Shown here in pieces: positions 52,002-63,664 of a stretch of 64,000 nucleotides of DNA. The notes beneath the pieces are model-generated. The model was not told the DNA's origin. It saw only the letters and a list, made by a program, of their open reading frames with translations, and searched no databases. The position numbers and the translations under genes were made by a program. Within the stretch, counting starts at the first letter, position 1; every line of letters starts with the position of its first letter. Source of the stretch: Octopus bimaculoides (lineage: Eukaryota); NCBI RefSeq assembly GCF_001194135.2, contig NC_068995.1, positions 58,084,987 to 58,148,986 of the forward strand, read 5' to 3'.

Positions 52002-52765
52002 GAAATTTAAAGTTAAAGAATGAAGACTTAGAAAGTAGGCATTAAATGCAGTATCCAAACCTTGTTTCAGGGTGAGTCCCAGAGAGTGTCTGCAGAACAT
52101 GCTCACCAATTATGGCTACTAGGCATCATTAGTGATACTTTGCATTCATCGTTGGATCTATATCCAGAAATTCATGGGTGCATATAGAGTATATTTCAAA
52201 GATTAATAGATAAAGATGGAGTGTAACAAAAAAACATTTATTAGCCCCCCAAAATCATTTCAGCTTCATGTTGCACTGCTCCCTAGTCAGTGTGGGACAA
52301 TGCAATAATGCCAGATGCAACACACACAGTGCAAAAGAGCCTCTTCAGGTGGTGTAATATGCTTATGAGTTCACAGATTTACATCCCGATTTCACTTCAA
52401 GGTAAATGGTGCTAGTGAGAGTTTTTAGCAGTTTGGATGCATTTGTGCTAGGGTGGATTTGGTTAAAAAGAAAATACCATAAAAACACAAATCATTTAAC
52501 ATGAATCAGGTGTGGGTGTGAATACTTGTGGTCATGGTGTTATTGTTGAAAGTAAAAGATAAAAATAAGAAAATGTGAAGAATTTAGTATATAAGGAGGG
52601 GCCCAGTGTGTGTAATCCTTTGATTTCTGGTGGGTAAGGCAGTCATGCATGACGCCATTGTCAGATTCAGGCCTTTTGACTGTTAACATGCAGCTTGAAG
52701 TTGAAACAATTGTTGTGCTAATAAATGTTTTTTGCTATACTCTGTCTTGTCCATTAATCTTTAAA

Positions 52766-52828
<63 letters not shown>

Positions 52829-53031
52829 TGTGTCTTTGTATCTGTGCTTGTCCTCCATCACCCCTTGACAACTGGTGTTGGTATCATAACTTAGTTGTTC
52901 AGGAAAAGAGACTAATAAAATGTATGAGGCTTAAACAAGAAAAAAAAAAGTAATGGGGTCAATTCATTTGACTAAAAGAAGGTCTTGTTTTTTTTTTATT
53001 CCTGTCATCTGAACTTTTAATTTCTTTCCAG

Positions 53032-53120
53032 ACTACTTGTGCTGTTTACCCTGGATCAAGTGGAGGTGCAGTTATGTCAAAATCTGGAAATATTGTTGGA
53101 ATGGCATGCTCTACTGTCAA
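53032..53120 (+). CDS. TYSND1: TYSND1 coding exon 6 (catalytic Ser)
   Basis: Acceptor TTTCCAG|ACT phase 0; TTCAVYPGSSGGAVMSKSGNIVGM (family TTCAVHSGSSGGPLF...GNLLGI); donor AA|GTATGT phase 2. Confidence 0.96.
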
Positions 53121-53934
53121 GTATGTAATTACTACTATTTGCTAAAATTCTTGACTTTACTATCAAAATGTGAACATTGTCTCCCAGAAATATTAGCTTC
53201 TGCTTAATGTCACACTAGTTTTCTTTTTTCTTTCTCTTTATTTTAGTGCTAGGTTCATCATCATCATTCTTTTAAGTTTGCTTTTCTGTGCTGGTATAGG
53301 TTAGATAGATTTTCTGAGGATATGTTTTTATAGCTTTTCTTGTCATCAACTCTTCTAGTTGCCCTTTATCCCTTTGGATACCAACCTACCTGAGGTCACC
53401 TATGGTTTTATGATACAAACGTTCTCTTCAAAAGTGACCGAAATAAAAATTTTCCGTCAAAATTTCATGTTAATTTATGCTTCAAGCATCAACTTAATAA
53501 TGACAAGGTTATTTAAATTTTTCAATATTTCCAAAATAGATTGAAACAAAGAGAGTGTATTTCAACAGAACTAAGGCAACAAAAGGGTAAAGACATGTCA
53601 GGACATAGTGTTACCACTTCTAAAGTTGGAAGATACTCTTTTCTAGAATAGGTACATATAGAAATAGGTGCCTATATACTGTATTTTACAACACACATAT
53701 TGAATTTGTCAGACCAAAATTTACATCTAAAAACGGTAGGTTGACATATATATCCTTAGATGGCTTCAGAAAATCAAAAATTCCATTTGAAATGCAGCAG
53801 GATTTGGGGAGACAATAGTGACACTTGAATGTTTGTACTACTTGTTTGCTATACTACATACTATGTTGGCTTGTATGCTGGGAAATAAAGTAAATAGGTA
53901 CATATAGAGAAATCAACATCACTGTCATAATCAT

Positions 53935-54274
53935 CATCATCATTTAATTACCATTTTCTATGCTGGCAATGGGTGGATGATTATTCAACAGGAGCTAATG
54001 AACCAAAAGACTGTGCCAAGCTTCAATATCTACATTGGATGTGGTTCCTATGGCTGGATGCCCTTCCTAATGCCAACCACTTTACAGAATGCTTTTTACA
54101 TGGCACCAGGATTAGTTGTTTTGCAAGTAACTTGCAAGACAAGACCCCCCCCCCTCAGCTAAGGGAGTTTAGTATAGAGGGAGTTGATTCTATGTTGGGT
54201 GAAGAGAAGATAAAGCATGATAGAAAGACAGGTTCAGGTGTCTTGTTGCAAGGAGATACATGGTTAACCTTGTT

Positions 54275-54310
<36 letters not shown>

Positions 54311-54340
54311 GATGGTGGTGGTGCAGGTATGTCAGGGAAT
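53935..54340 (-). mobile_element. Older RTE-tail-related repeat
   Basis: CATTTAA...CATTTTCTATGCTGGC...GGCTGGATGCCCTTCCTAATGCCAACCAC blocks. Confidence 0.7.
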
Positions 54341-54844
54341 ACCCTCAATTTACAAGAAGGTGAATATAAGAGAAGTGTGATACAGAGGAGGATCAGATAG
54401 GATGAGTAGATAGGTAAGTGTATTCTTAAGAATGTGGAAGGAGAATGGCAGATGGATAAAGGAGAATGTAGTTAGTGGTGAATATATGGGTGAAAGGTTT
54501 CGATCAATCTTGAATATCAGTTGAAAGAGCAGGAGTAGATCAGGAAGGTAACAGGTTGCTGCAAAAATAATGTGAAGCATGTAGAGTGGGATGTGAGAGA
54601 GGTGAGTCAAGGATGAAATCAGAGGTATAGAAAGGTGGGAATAGTAGGAGTTGGACATCAGCTTGGGGTCTGTAAAATAAATTACTACTACAAGTTATTA
54701 TTGTTGTCATTAAGCCCCAAGTTAACCCTGACTAAGCAGCCTTATGATGAAAGACATTCCAACTGCAAGCAGCTCGTTGTTTTGTATATCTTCAATAACA
54801 TTGTATCCTTTTTTTTAAAAATGGCATGGTATGATTTAAGGAAA

Positions 54845-55150
54845 ATCATCATCATCATCATCATCATCGTTTAACGTCCGCTTTCCATACTAGCATGGGT
54901 TGGACGATTTGACTGAGGACTGGTGAAACCGGATGGCAACACCAGGCTCCAATCTAATTTGGCAGAGTTTCTACGGCTGGATGCCCTTCCTAACGCCAAC
55001 CACTCAGAGAGTGTAGTGGGTGCTTTTACATGTCACCCGCACGAGGGCCAGTCAGGCGGCACTGGCAACGGCCACGCTCAAAATGGTGTCTTTTATGTGC
55101 CACCCGCACAAGAGCCAGTCCAGGGGCACTGGCAACAATCTCGCTCGAAA
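54845..55150 (-). mobile_element. Young RTE 3'-tail insertion
   Basis: Near-identical to 9664-9930 and 36127-36360. Confidence 0.85.
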
Positions 55151-55194
55151 ATCCTATGGTGGCTATCTAATAGGTAGCTACCATATATAGCTCT

Positions 55195-55475
55195 CTCACT
55201 GGCTCTACTACTACTACTACTAATAATAATAATAATAATAATGATAATAATAAAATAATGATAATCCTTTCTAATATAGACACTAGGCCTGAAATTTGGG
55301 GGAGGGGGACAGTTGATTACATTGACCCCACTACTCAACTGGTACTTATTTTATCGACCTCAAAAGGATGAAAGACAAAGTCGACCTCAGCAGAATTTGG
55401 ACTGAGAACATAAAAACATAAAATGTCATCAAGCATTTTGCCTGGTGTGTGCTAACAATTCTGCCAGCTCACCAC
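55195..55475 (-). mobile_element. tRNA-derived SINE (family of 35090-35585)
   Basis: Reverse complement of the GGTCGACTTTG...GTACCAGTTGAG blocks. Confidence 0.8.
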
Positions 55476-55827
55476 AATAATAATAATAGTAATATTTCAA
55501 AAGGATTGATGTAATTCTTCAGAAAAGTAAACAGACAAGACAAAAAGTGTGATGCAATAGCATTAGATATTTTGTTGGTTGAACGATATTCCAACAGCAA
55601 GCCTGTCTTTGTCAAGCTCAAAATAGAAAGGGATAAAAATTCAAAATTATAGAAATTCAAATTTAAATTATGAATGAGAGGAACTAACATCCACATGTTG
55701 ATCAGATGACATTATTAGTCTTTAAGTTTCAGTTTTATAACAGGTGAAAAGAAAAAGACGGAACAAAAGACAGGAAAAAGAGAAAAACAGAATAAAGACA
55801 GAAAAAAGAGGAAAGAAAAAAGAATAC

Positions 55828-56045
55828 TTAATTAAACAGTTTTGTGTAAATTTGATGATATTCTCCTGTCATTTTATTCATTTCTCCAGGGCATGATGTT
55901 AATAACCCACAAACATATTTCTCCTCATGCATTTTGAGTAGGGAAAGTGAAGTAGATTCAGAATATTTTCGGAGAATGTGCACTTTGAAGTCTTTTTCAA
56001 AATTGCATCCATTTGAAGCAAAATGTTCAGCAAATTCTGTCGAAG
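55828..56045 (-). mobile_element. Penelope-like element GIY-YIG C-terminal fragment
   Basis: FAEHFASNGCNFEKDFKVHILRK...KMHEEKYVCGLLTSCPGEMNK follows the HF...E..I..L.T..P.GLN pattern. Confidence 0.65.
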
Positions 56046-56600
56046 TACTGTGGAGAGAACCTGTAGAAGAGGTATACCCAAGAAGACATGGGACAAAGTA
56101 GTGAACAATAATCTTCAAACTTTGGATCTCATAGAGGCAATGATTATTGACCAAGACCTTTGGCAATATGTTGTGCTTGAGAAAACCTGTCAAGCAAGTG
56201 AAATTGTAGTCATGGCTGATGCTAGTGTCATGTAACTGGCACCCATAAACAGCACCCTTTGAGCATTAGGTCTCACAGAGGCAAAGTGGCTGAGCTCCTT
56301 TTGAGTGTTGAACCTCATGGAGGCAATGAGTGAAACCTTTGGCATTATGTCATACTTGAGAAGAAGACCCATGAAGACAAACAAAACCACAGTCGTGGTA
56401 GATACCGGTGTCATGCAAATGGCACCTGTGATGGTGGCAGGTAAAAGTACCCAGCACACTCTCGGAGTGGTTGGCATTAGGAAGGGGATCCAGCTGTAGA
56501 AACCATGCCAAATCAGACTGGAGTCTGTTGCAACCCTCCAGCTGGCCAGCCCCAGTCAAACTGTCCAACCCATACCAGCATTGACAATGGATGTTAAAGG
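56040..56600 (+). mobile_element. RTE 3' end (ORF end plus tail)
   Basis: VERTCRRGIPKKTWDKVVNNNLQTLDL...; tail ending ATGTTAAAGGTGA. Confidence 0.8.
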
Positions 56601-56698
56601 TGACAGCTTGGGCAACTTTAGTGAAGACACAATGACAACAAATGAGATGTAATTAATAACTGGGGCCACCTTTTTTTTTTTTTATCTTTTCTTTTCAG

Positions 56699-56784
56699 AA
56701 TGATGATTAATCAGGCCCATGTGAGTTTGGTCATTCCAATGACAACATTGAAGGTTATTACTGAACCCTATCTGCAGGATAATG
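56699..56784 (+). CDS. TYSND1: TYSND1 coding exon 7
   Basis: Acceptor CTTTTCAG|A phase 2; MMINQAHVSLVIPMTTLKVITEPYLQDN (family HLNFSIPITVLQPALQQY); donor ATG|GTATGT phase 1. Confidence 0.88.
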
Positions 56785-56939
56785 GTATGTTCCTTTCCCT
56801 AATGGATTGTCTGTTTAGTATATGTCTATAGCCTTCAAATTTTCTATCCAGAGGGGTTTTTCAATCCAATATTCACATATTATCATTTATTGCTTTAGGG
56901 GCCTTGAAGGTCACTATTCCTCCTCTTCCTCCTCCTCAT

Positions 56940-57480
56940 TATCATCATTTAACGTCCATCTTCTATGCTGGTATGGGTTGGATGGTTTGACTTGAGCAGG
57001 CAAGCTAGTGGACTGCACCAAGCTCTGTTTTGGTATGTTTTTTATAGTTGGATACCCTTCCTAACTTTACAGAGTGGACCGGGTGCTTTTTATGTGGAAC
57101 CAGAACTGATGAGATTTGTTTTGCCATGGTTTTTACAGCTGGATGCCCTTCCTAAAACCAACCATTTTACAGAGTAGACTGGGTGCTCTTGATGTGACAC
57201 CAGCACTGGCAAGGTCACCAAGTAACTTGCAAGACAAAGATCCTTTGAGTGGGGTTAGGGTTAGAAAGGGGTGGCTTTGTGTCAAGTGATGAGAGGCTAG
57301 AGTATGATAGAGGGATAGGTGTCTTGTTGCAGAGGAGATACATGGTTACTTCAGTCAGCAGGAGAGGGTGAGAAAGAAAGAGAGTGAGCAAAGGGCAGAG
57401 AGCAAAAGCAAGAGAGAGAGAGAGAGTGAGTGAGAGAGATGATGGTGATGTGCCAAGGCATACTCTCAAGATACAAGGTT
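56940..57480 (-). mobile_element. RTE-tail-related repeat, inverted relative to 56040-56600
   Basis: TTTAACGTCCATCTTCTATGCTGGTATGGGTTGGATGG... Confidence 0.75.
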
Positions 57481-57958
57481 GTGAATATAAATTGAACAGT
57501 AGAGGATTGCTCAAGGTGCGTGAGTAGGGAGTTCACATAAATACAAAAAGACTGGGGAATGCAATGGTAGGATGACTGGATAGCAATGATATGTTTGATA
57601 GCACAGAGAGGACAGAATTGGGCTGCAGGAGTGGTGGGGAGAGAGATAAACATAGTACATGAAGAAGAGATGTAAGACAGAGGAGAAGAGATGTAAGACA
57701 GAGGAGAAGAGATGTAGTTTGGTTTATTTGGGGTGGATGTGAAAAATTTAATGTTACATGTGGGTGGAAAACACAGCACTTTCAGAACTCAGTTTCACTG
57801 AGGTGTGCAGATTTTCTCAAGAACCTCATATCATTAAAAATCTTGGTCCATTGTCATATTCTCCATGAGGTCCAACATCTTGAGCTTGGCCCTCACTATT
57901 TCATTCCATATCTTCCTCTTAAGAATTATATATACATGAACACACACACATATGTAAC

Positions 57959-58140
57959 TCTTTATATATATATAAGAGAGATTGTTTGTTTGTCTGTTTG
58001 TCCTACAAAACATAATTGAGACACCATCTTATTTATAAGTGTGGGTGTTTTGACCACTTTCACACTTTAACTATGGTGATAATAATAATGGTTTTACCAA
58101 AGCTAAAATTCCAAAATTTTCAAAGAATCGATGCCTTCAA

Positions 58141-58218
<78 letters not shown>

Positions 58219-59249
58219 TCTCTCTCTCCCTCTCTCCCTCTCTCTCATGACTGTCACAAGTAAAATAAAAGAAAATCATTCTGAGATCAAAACATCCAAC
58301 TAAAAATTCTTCAAGGTGGTGCCCCAGATTGGCCACAATCTAATGACTGAAACAAGTAAAAAGTGAAATGAAAGAAAAGATAAGAGAAAAGTATAAGTGT
58401 GGGTGTTTTGTCCACTTTCACCAGCAGAGCGGAACTTTAAAGAAATCACACTACTATTTTTTTTTATCTGTCTGTCTCTCTTTCTCTCTCTCTAAAAGAA
58501 CACACACGCACACGCATGCACACACACGTGTATATTCATTCATGTTTCAGGTATACCTATTTTTCTAACTTCTCCGTTAAGATATAAATATGCAAATTTC
58601 TGTCACATAAGCAGAGACAATGTGACAGTGAACCCATATGCATACAGAAATTCACTGTGAAACGAAAATCATCAACATGCCAAAAAATAAAGACAACCAC
58701 ACAATACCTTGCCCTGCATTCCTGTAATATAGCATTGGAATTTCAGTAAAAACACTGACACCATTCAACATTGGTAAATTCATTTCACTATTATTTACTG
58801 ATATTTATTATCAAAAAAGTATCTCATAAAAAAGGCTGTCACAAAACGAACACCAAATGCATGACATGCATCAGAAACCGATGAAGAGACATGCACATGG
58901 CTTGCAGATCAGCGACAGAGAAAAAAAGCTGAAACCGAACATCAATGAAATGCACCACGTGCAGATAGAAAACAAAGAATGGCAGCTCAACGTGCAGCAG
59001 AAAACAAAGATGAAAGACATGCACAACTTGCAGCTGATCATCTTCAAAAAGCATCAAATCATATGCAAGAAACAAAGCAAGAAGCTGCAAAAAGACTTGC
59101 ACATAGCCAACTTCAATTATTACATAGTTATCTCTTCTAAAAATGCACACATACAGGAGGAGGAAATTATACATATAATAATAGATTGAATGTGGCTCCC
59201 GATAAACAGTAAAAATAATTACCCAATCAATGACAGGTTTTACTGCTAG
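57959..59249 (+). mobile_element. Non-autonomous Helitron derivative with decayed RepHel N-terminal repeats
   Basis: 5' TCTTTATATATATATAAGAGAGATTGTTTGTTTGTCTG; internal ASETDEETCTWLADQRQRKKAETEHQ*NAPRADRKQRMAAQRAAENKDERHAQLAAD; 3' decayed hairpin then CTGCTAG|T at 59246-59250. Confidence 0.7.
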
Positions 59250-59590
59250 TATATGCGTGTGTGGAAAACAAGACAGACAGCACAAAAAACGACCCTTCGT
59301 CAGTTGTCAGTTGTTTTTCTAATCTGTATTTCGAGCAATTCATGACAAAATATGCCTTCGATAAAACAGTTGCTCCCGCAAAGCAAATTAAATAAATTTG
59401 GGGATTTTGCGGAGTGCCAAAATTGGTGACAAAAGCAGGACTGTGAAAACAAACAGGAAGGGCTGCTAAGCCTAAACGAGGTTGTGGTGGCAAACGCAAA
59501 GAAACAAGCTTGGACAGGAGACAGACAAGAATATGTCTTCCTTGTTCAGCTGCAACAGGAAGAAAAAATGCAACACAAGTTAGAAGAAAG

Positions 59591-59626
59591 AAAGATGGCC
59601 GTTGGTCACGTGGGAGCCACGTGAGT
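59591..59626. promoter_or_regulatory. YY1-like motif plus paired E-boxes in intron 7
   Basis: AAGATGGCCG 59592-59601; CACGTG at 59607-59612 and 59618-59623. Confidence 0.3.
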
Positions 59627-60449
59627 AAAGGAGACAGAGTGACAGACAGAGAACTGTGAAGGGAGGGGAAAAGATTTAGAGATAGGATAAGAGAAAAAAA
59701 GAGAGGAAGAAGGTGGGTACAAGAATAAGAGAAAGGAAGAGAAAAAAGAAATGGAAGAATAATAGGAAGAATAGAGTCACATGAGAATTATTAGGATAAA
59801 ACTTACTTGGAAAAGGATGTGAGGCGTTCAGATAAAATAATATAATATATATGCATATCTACATACGTATACATACATACTTACATGTCTACGTATATAC
59901 ATATGTGGGCACAGGACATCACAAAACATAAACAACAAAAAATATGATGTATGAGGACATGGAATAAGGGCTTTTGTGAACAACGAAAGAAACAAATGGA
60001 AAACAAGACAATACAAAGAACGACATATGTATACATGTAAGTATGTACATATACATATGTATGTATGCATATATATATTATTTATATTATCATAATTATT
60101 TATATATTTATATATACACATATTCATATATATATATATATTTATATGTATACACATATATATATATTCATATATATATATATATATATATATANNNNNN
60201 NNNNNNNNNNNNNNNNNNNNNNNNNNNNNNNNNNNNNNNNNNNNNNNNNNNNNNNNNNNNNNNNNNNNNNNNNNNNNNNNNNNNNNNNNNNNNNNNNNNN
60301 NNNNNNNNNNNNNNNNNNNNNNNNNNNNNNNNNNNNNNNNNNNNNNNNNNNNNNNNNNNNNNNNNNNNNNNNNATATATATATATACATATATATATATA
60401 CACACATATATTTATGAGTGATGATACCTCTTTCCAAGTGCACATTACC

Positions 60450-60670
60450 AGTGCAGACGACTGGCTGGATGGATCCTGAGAACATTCAGAACCAGAGATA
60501 AGGAAACCATGATGGTCCTCTGGAGGACATTCATCCTCAGCCGCCTGGATTACTGCTCACAGCTATGGTAACCCACCAGTGTGAAATTAACAGCGGACCT
60601 TGAAGCAATCCAGAGAAGATTCACAAAGAAGATTGTCTCTTTGCAACTGCTCAACTACTAGGAAAGGCTG
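60450..60670 (+). mobile_element. CR1/L2-like LINE internal fragment
   Basis: CRRLAGWILRTFRTRDKETMMVLWRTFILSRLDYCSQLW*P...LEAIQRRFTKKI...NY*ERL. Confidence 0.85.
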
Positions 60671-61075
60671 CTTTCTCCAAAATTGTCCAGCTGATTTTGA
60701 AAGGACAGGTATCATTTTCTTTCAATTGGCAGACATGTTTAGCAAAACTTGTTTCTGTCTTATTTTCAGGGTATCGAAATGAATTTCGATCGGAATATAA
60801 TCTAGTCTTGAAAGAATATTTCAAGGCTCCTGTATGTCTTGTATTCTTGTGAGTCCTTTATTTGTACCTCAGCTCTGTATACTATTCCTTTCTCTAAACG
60901 ATTTTCTCCAAATAGACAGCAATTGATGCACAATGAAAAGCATTCTGTCGATGCTGTTCTCATATCATTCATTGACAGCCATATATATCTTCATTATTTC
61001 TGAGCAATGTTCTTTGTTCATCTGGTAGATGAACTTGCAGTCTCACTTTTGTAGTTGCTATTTCATGAATTGAAA
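60665..61075 (-). mobile_element. Penelope-like element GIY-YIG fragment
   Basis: CLFGENRLEKGIVYRAEVQ...KTY...KHVCQLKENDT...FKISWTILEKA. Confidence 0.75.
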
Positions 61076-61325
61076 ATCCTAAAACGCTTGGCAGCATTTC
61101 GTCCATCTTCATGTTTTGAGTTCAGATTCTGCCAATATTGAATTCACTTTTCATCCTTTGAAGGGTGATGAAATACGTAACAATTGAACTCTGGGCTTGC
61201 TGTAATTGACTTACTCCATCTCTCAATATTGCTAACCTGGTGCCAAAATTGGAAATCAGTATTACAGATTATTAATTAGTGTATGATTAATGTTTCAGAC
61301 TATTATTTTTTTGTTAATATTACAG

Positions 61326-61400
61326 ATGCTGAATATTTGAAACAGTTATGGCTTAAATCTGGCAAGGAAAGACAGATATGGAAATTACAGTCTACCTTTG
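61326..61400 (+). CDS. TYSND1: TYSND1 coding exon 8
   Basis: Acceptor TTACAG|AT phase 1; DAEYLKQLWLKSGKERQIWKLQSTF (family D...LREL...VRVVWRLQ); donor TTTG|GTATGG phase 1. Confidence 0.88.
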
Positions 61401-62179
61401 GTATGGTTACATTTATTTTCATTAGTTTCTCCCTTAATCTCACTTTCTTACTCCTTAGCTTTGTATATATATATATATATATACATACATATATATATAT
61501 ATACATATTTCTCTCACTTTCTTTCCTTCTTTCTGTCTCTTTCTTTCTGCCTATTATTACTTAGCTCTTTCTTTCTGTGTGTTTCATTCTCAACCCATTT
61601 TTTGAATAGATCTCTCAGTGTCTGTCTCATTATCTAGCTAGCTCTCTGCCTATCTATATATTTCTATCCCTTTCACTCACTTGCTCTCCCTTTCTCCTCT
61701 CATCTGTATCTCCCCTCATTCTCTCTCTCTCTATATATATATATACACATATTGTATGTATGTATGTATATATATATATATATATATACATACACACACA
61801 TTGGGAGTATGTGTGTTTGTGTGTGAGACATTGCTAAATCATCATCTTATTGTGATTGTGCTTTAGAAACTTTGTTATAGCTAAAACCTGAACACAACTG
61901 TGGACATCAATTTAACCAAGGCTGACTTCTTAGGCTCTAGATCTACATATAAACCTTTTTACAAACTTAAAGATGAATTAAGATACATCAACTGACTTTC
62001 CTGCCACCTTTCCAGCATTTTCGGCAACCTTATCTCCAGCATGAGCCATAGGATCTCTAATCAATTATCCTCTAAGGCAGGATCTGCAACCATTGGGCCA
62101 TGGGCCACTAGTGGGCCATGGATCAGTCAGTACAGAACCACACATAAAGAATCAATTTTAAAATTTTATTTTCATTTAT

Positions 62180-62845
62180 AGGCACAGGTATGGCTGTGTG
62201 GTAAGAAGTTTGCTTCCTTACCACATAGTTCTAGGTTCAGTCCCACTGCATGGTACCTTGGGCAAATGACTTCTACTATAGCTTTGAGCTGACCAAAGAA
62301 TTGTGAGTAGATTTGTTTGATGGAAACTGAAAGAGGCCTTTTGTATATGTGTCTGTAGCCCAACACCACTTGAGAACTGGTGTTGGTGTGTTTACATCCC
62401 CATAAACACAAAAGCTTCCATGTGGGGCCAGGTAAAAGTGCCTGTGCAACACCACATAAAAAACACCTGTGTGGCATCACGTAAAAACATACAGCACACT
62501 TTGTAAAGTGGTTGGTGTTAGGAAGGGCATCCAGCTGTAGAGACCATGCCAAATCAGACTGGGGCCTGGTACAGCTTGCAACTGTCTAACGCATGCCAGC
62601 ATGGACAACAGACAGTAAATGGTGATGATAAAAGAAAATTAGATCAGATACCTAATACTATGTGCAGGCCTGGCTGTGTGGTGAAGAAGCTTGCTTTGCA
62701 ACCACATGATTTCAGGTTCAGTCTCAGTGCACAGCAGCTTGGACAAGTGTTTTCAACTACATATATCCCTTGGATCATCAATGTGTGAGGCAGAAACTGT
62801 GGAAGCTCATCATGCATACACACACACACACACACACACACACAA

Positions 62846-62892
<47 letters not shown>

Positions 62893-62980
62893 AGTGTACA
62901 TCTGTGTTTTTATATTTGTCCCCTACCACTGTTTGACAAGTGGTGTTAGTTTTTTTTCGCATCCTCATAACTTAGCAGTT
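62180..62980 (+). mobile_element. Cluster of tRNA-derived SINE copies and an RTE tail
   Basis: Heads TGGCTGTGTGGT(A/G)AGAAG...GGTTCAGTC at about 62190 and 62670; RTE tail at 62400-62630. Confidence 0.75.
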
Positions 62981-63295
62981 TTGGAAAAGAATTTAATTAA
63001 ATAATTGAGATTCCTTTAGCAAATGAAAAATCAAATTGTGAAAGACCAGAAATCTCTTTAATTGGTTTTTAAATGCTAAACTTTTGGAAAGTCTTGCAGA
63101 TTGTATTGAGTCTGAAGATTTTAAATTGTTTGATTCTGTTCTTTCTTTATGTACTGCTTATAAGTTATAGACAAAAGGTCACACACTAAATATCTTTTTA
63201 TGATATCCAAAAGAAATTAGCTCAGGTGGAGGTTCTAAAATCTGTTGTTAATTTGTTAAAGTGCTTTCTATTCTAATTATTTCTTTTCATTTCAG

Positions 63296-63327
63296 ATTGT
63301 AGCAGGAATCTTCTCAGTAAATTGTGA
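63296..63327 (+). CDS. TYSND1: TYSND1 terminal coding exon (DCSRNLLSKL*, PTS1)
   Basis: Long polypyrimidine acceptor TTTCAG|AT in the required phase 1; ends AGT AAA TTG TGA = SKL-stop. Confidence 0.93.
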
Positions 63328-63616
63328 TCAAATATCTTAAAATTCTCACTCTAATCTATGATGGTGGCACTGGTGATGATGTCAATGGTTCTAACGCTGT
63401 TGATGATGACGATGATGATGGCTGTGGTGGTAGCAATGACAGTGGATTAATTAAATTTGATTACTAACAAAGATAGTAACTGTAGAATGTTTGAATGAGA
63501 ACATTCTGTAGTCAAATAGTCATCTTTTGGATGCAGTTTCTGGTGTCTGTGGTATGCAGACACCATTGTGGGAATTATTTGATGTTTGTAGGGACTCAGT
63601 AACCAATCACAGCTGA

Positions 63617-63664
<48 letters not shown>

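Noticed and set aside
62185-62260. tRNA-like sequence with A and B boxes (also about 8270, 44935, 62670)
   Set aside because: No full cloverleaf; each continues into SINE body, so these are SINE heads.
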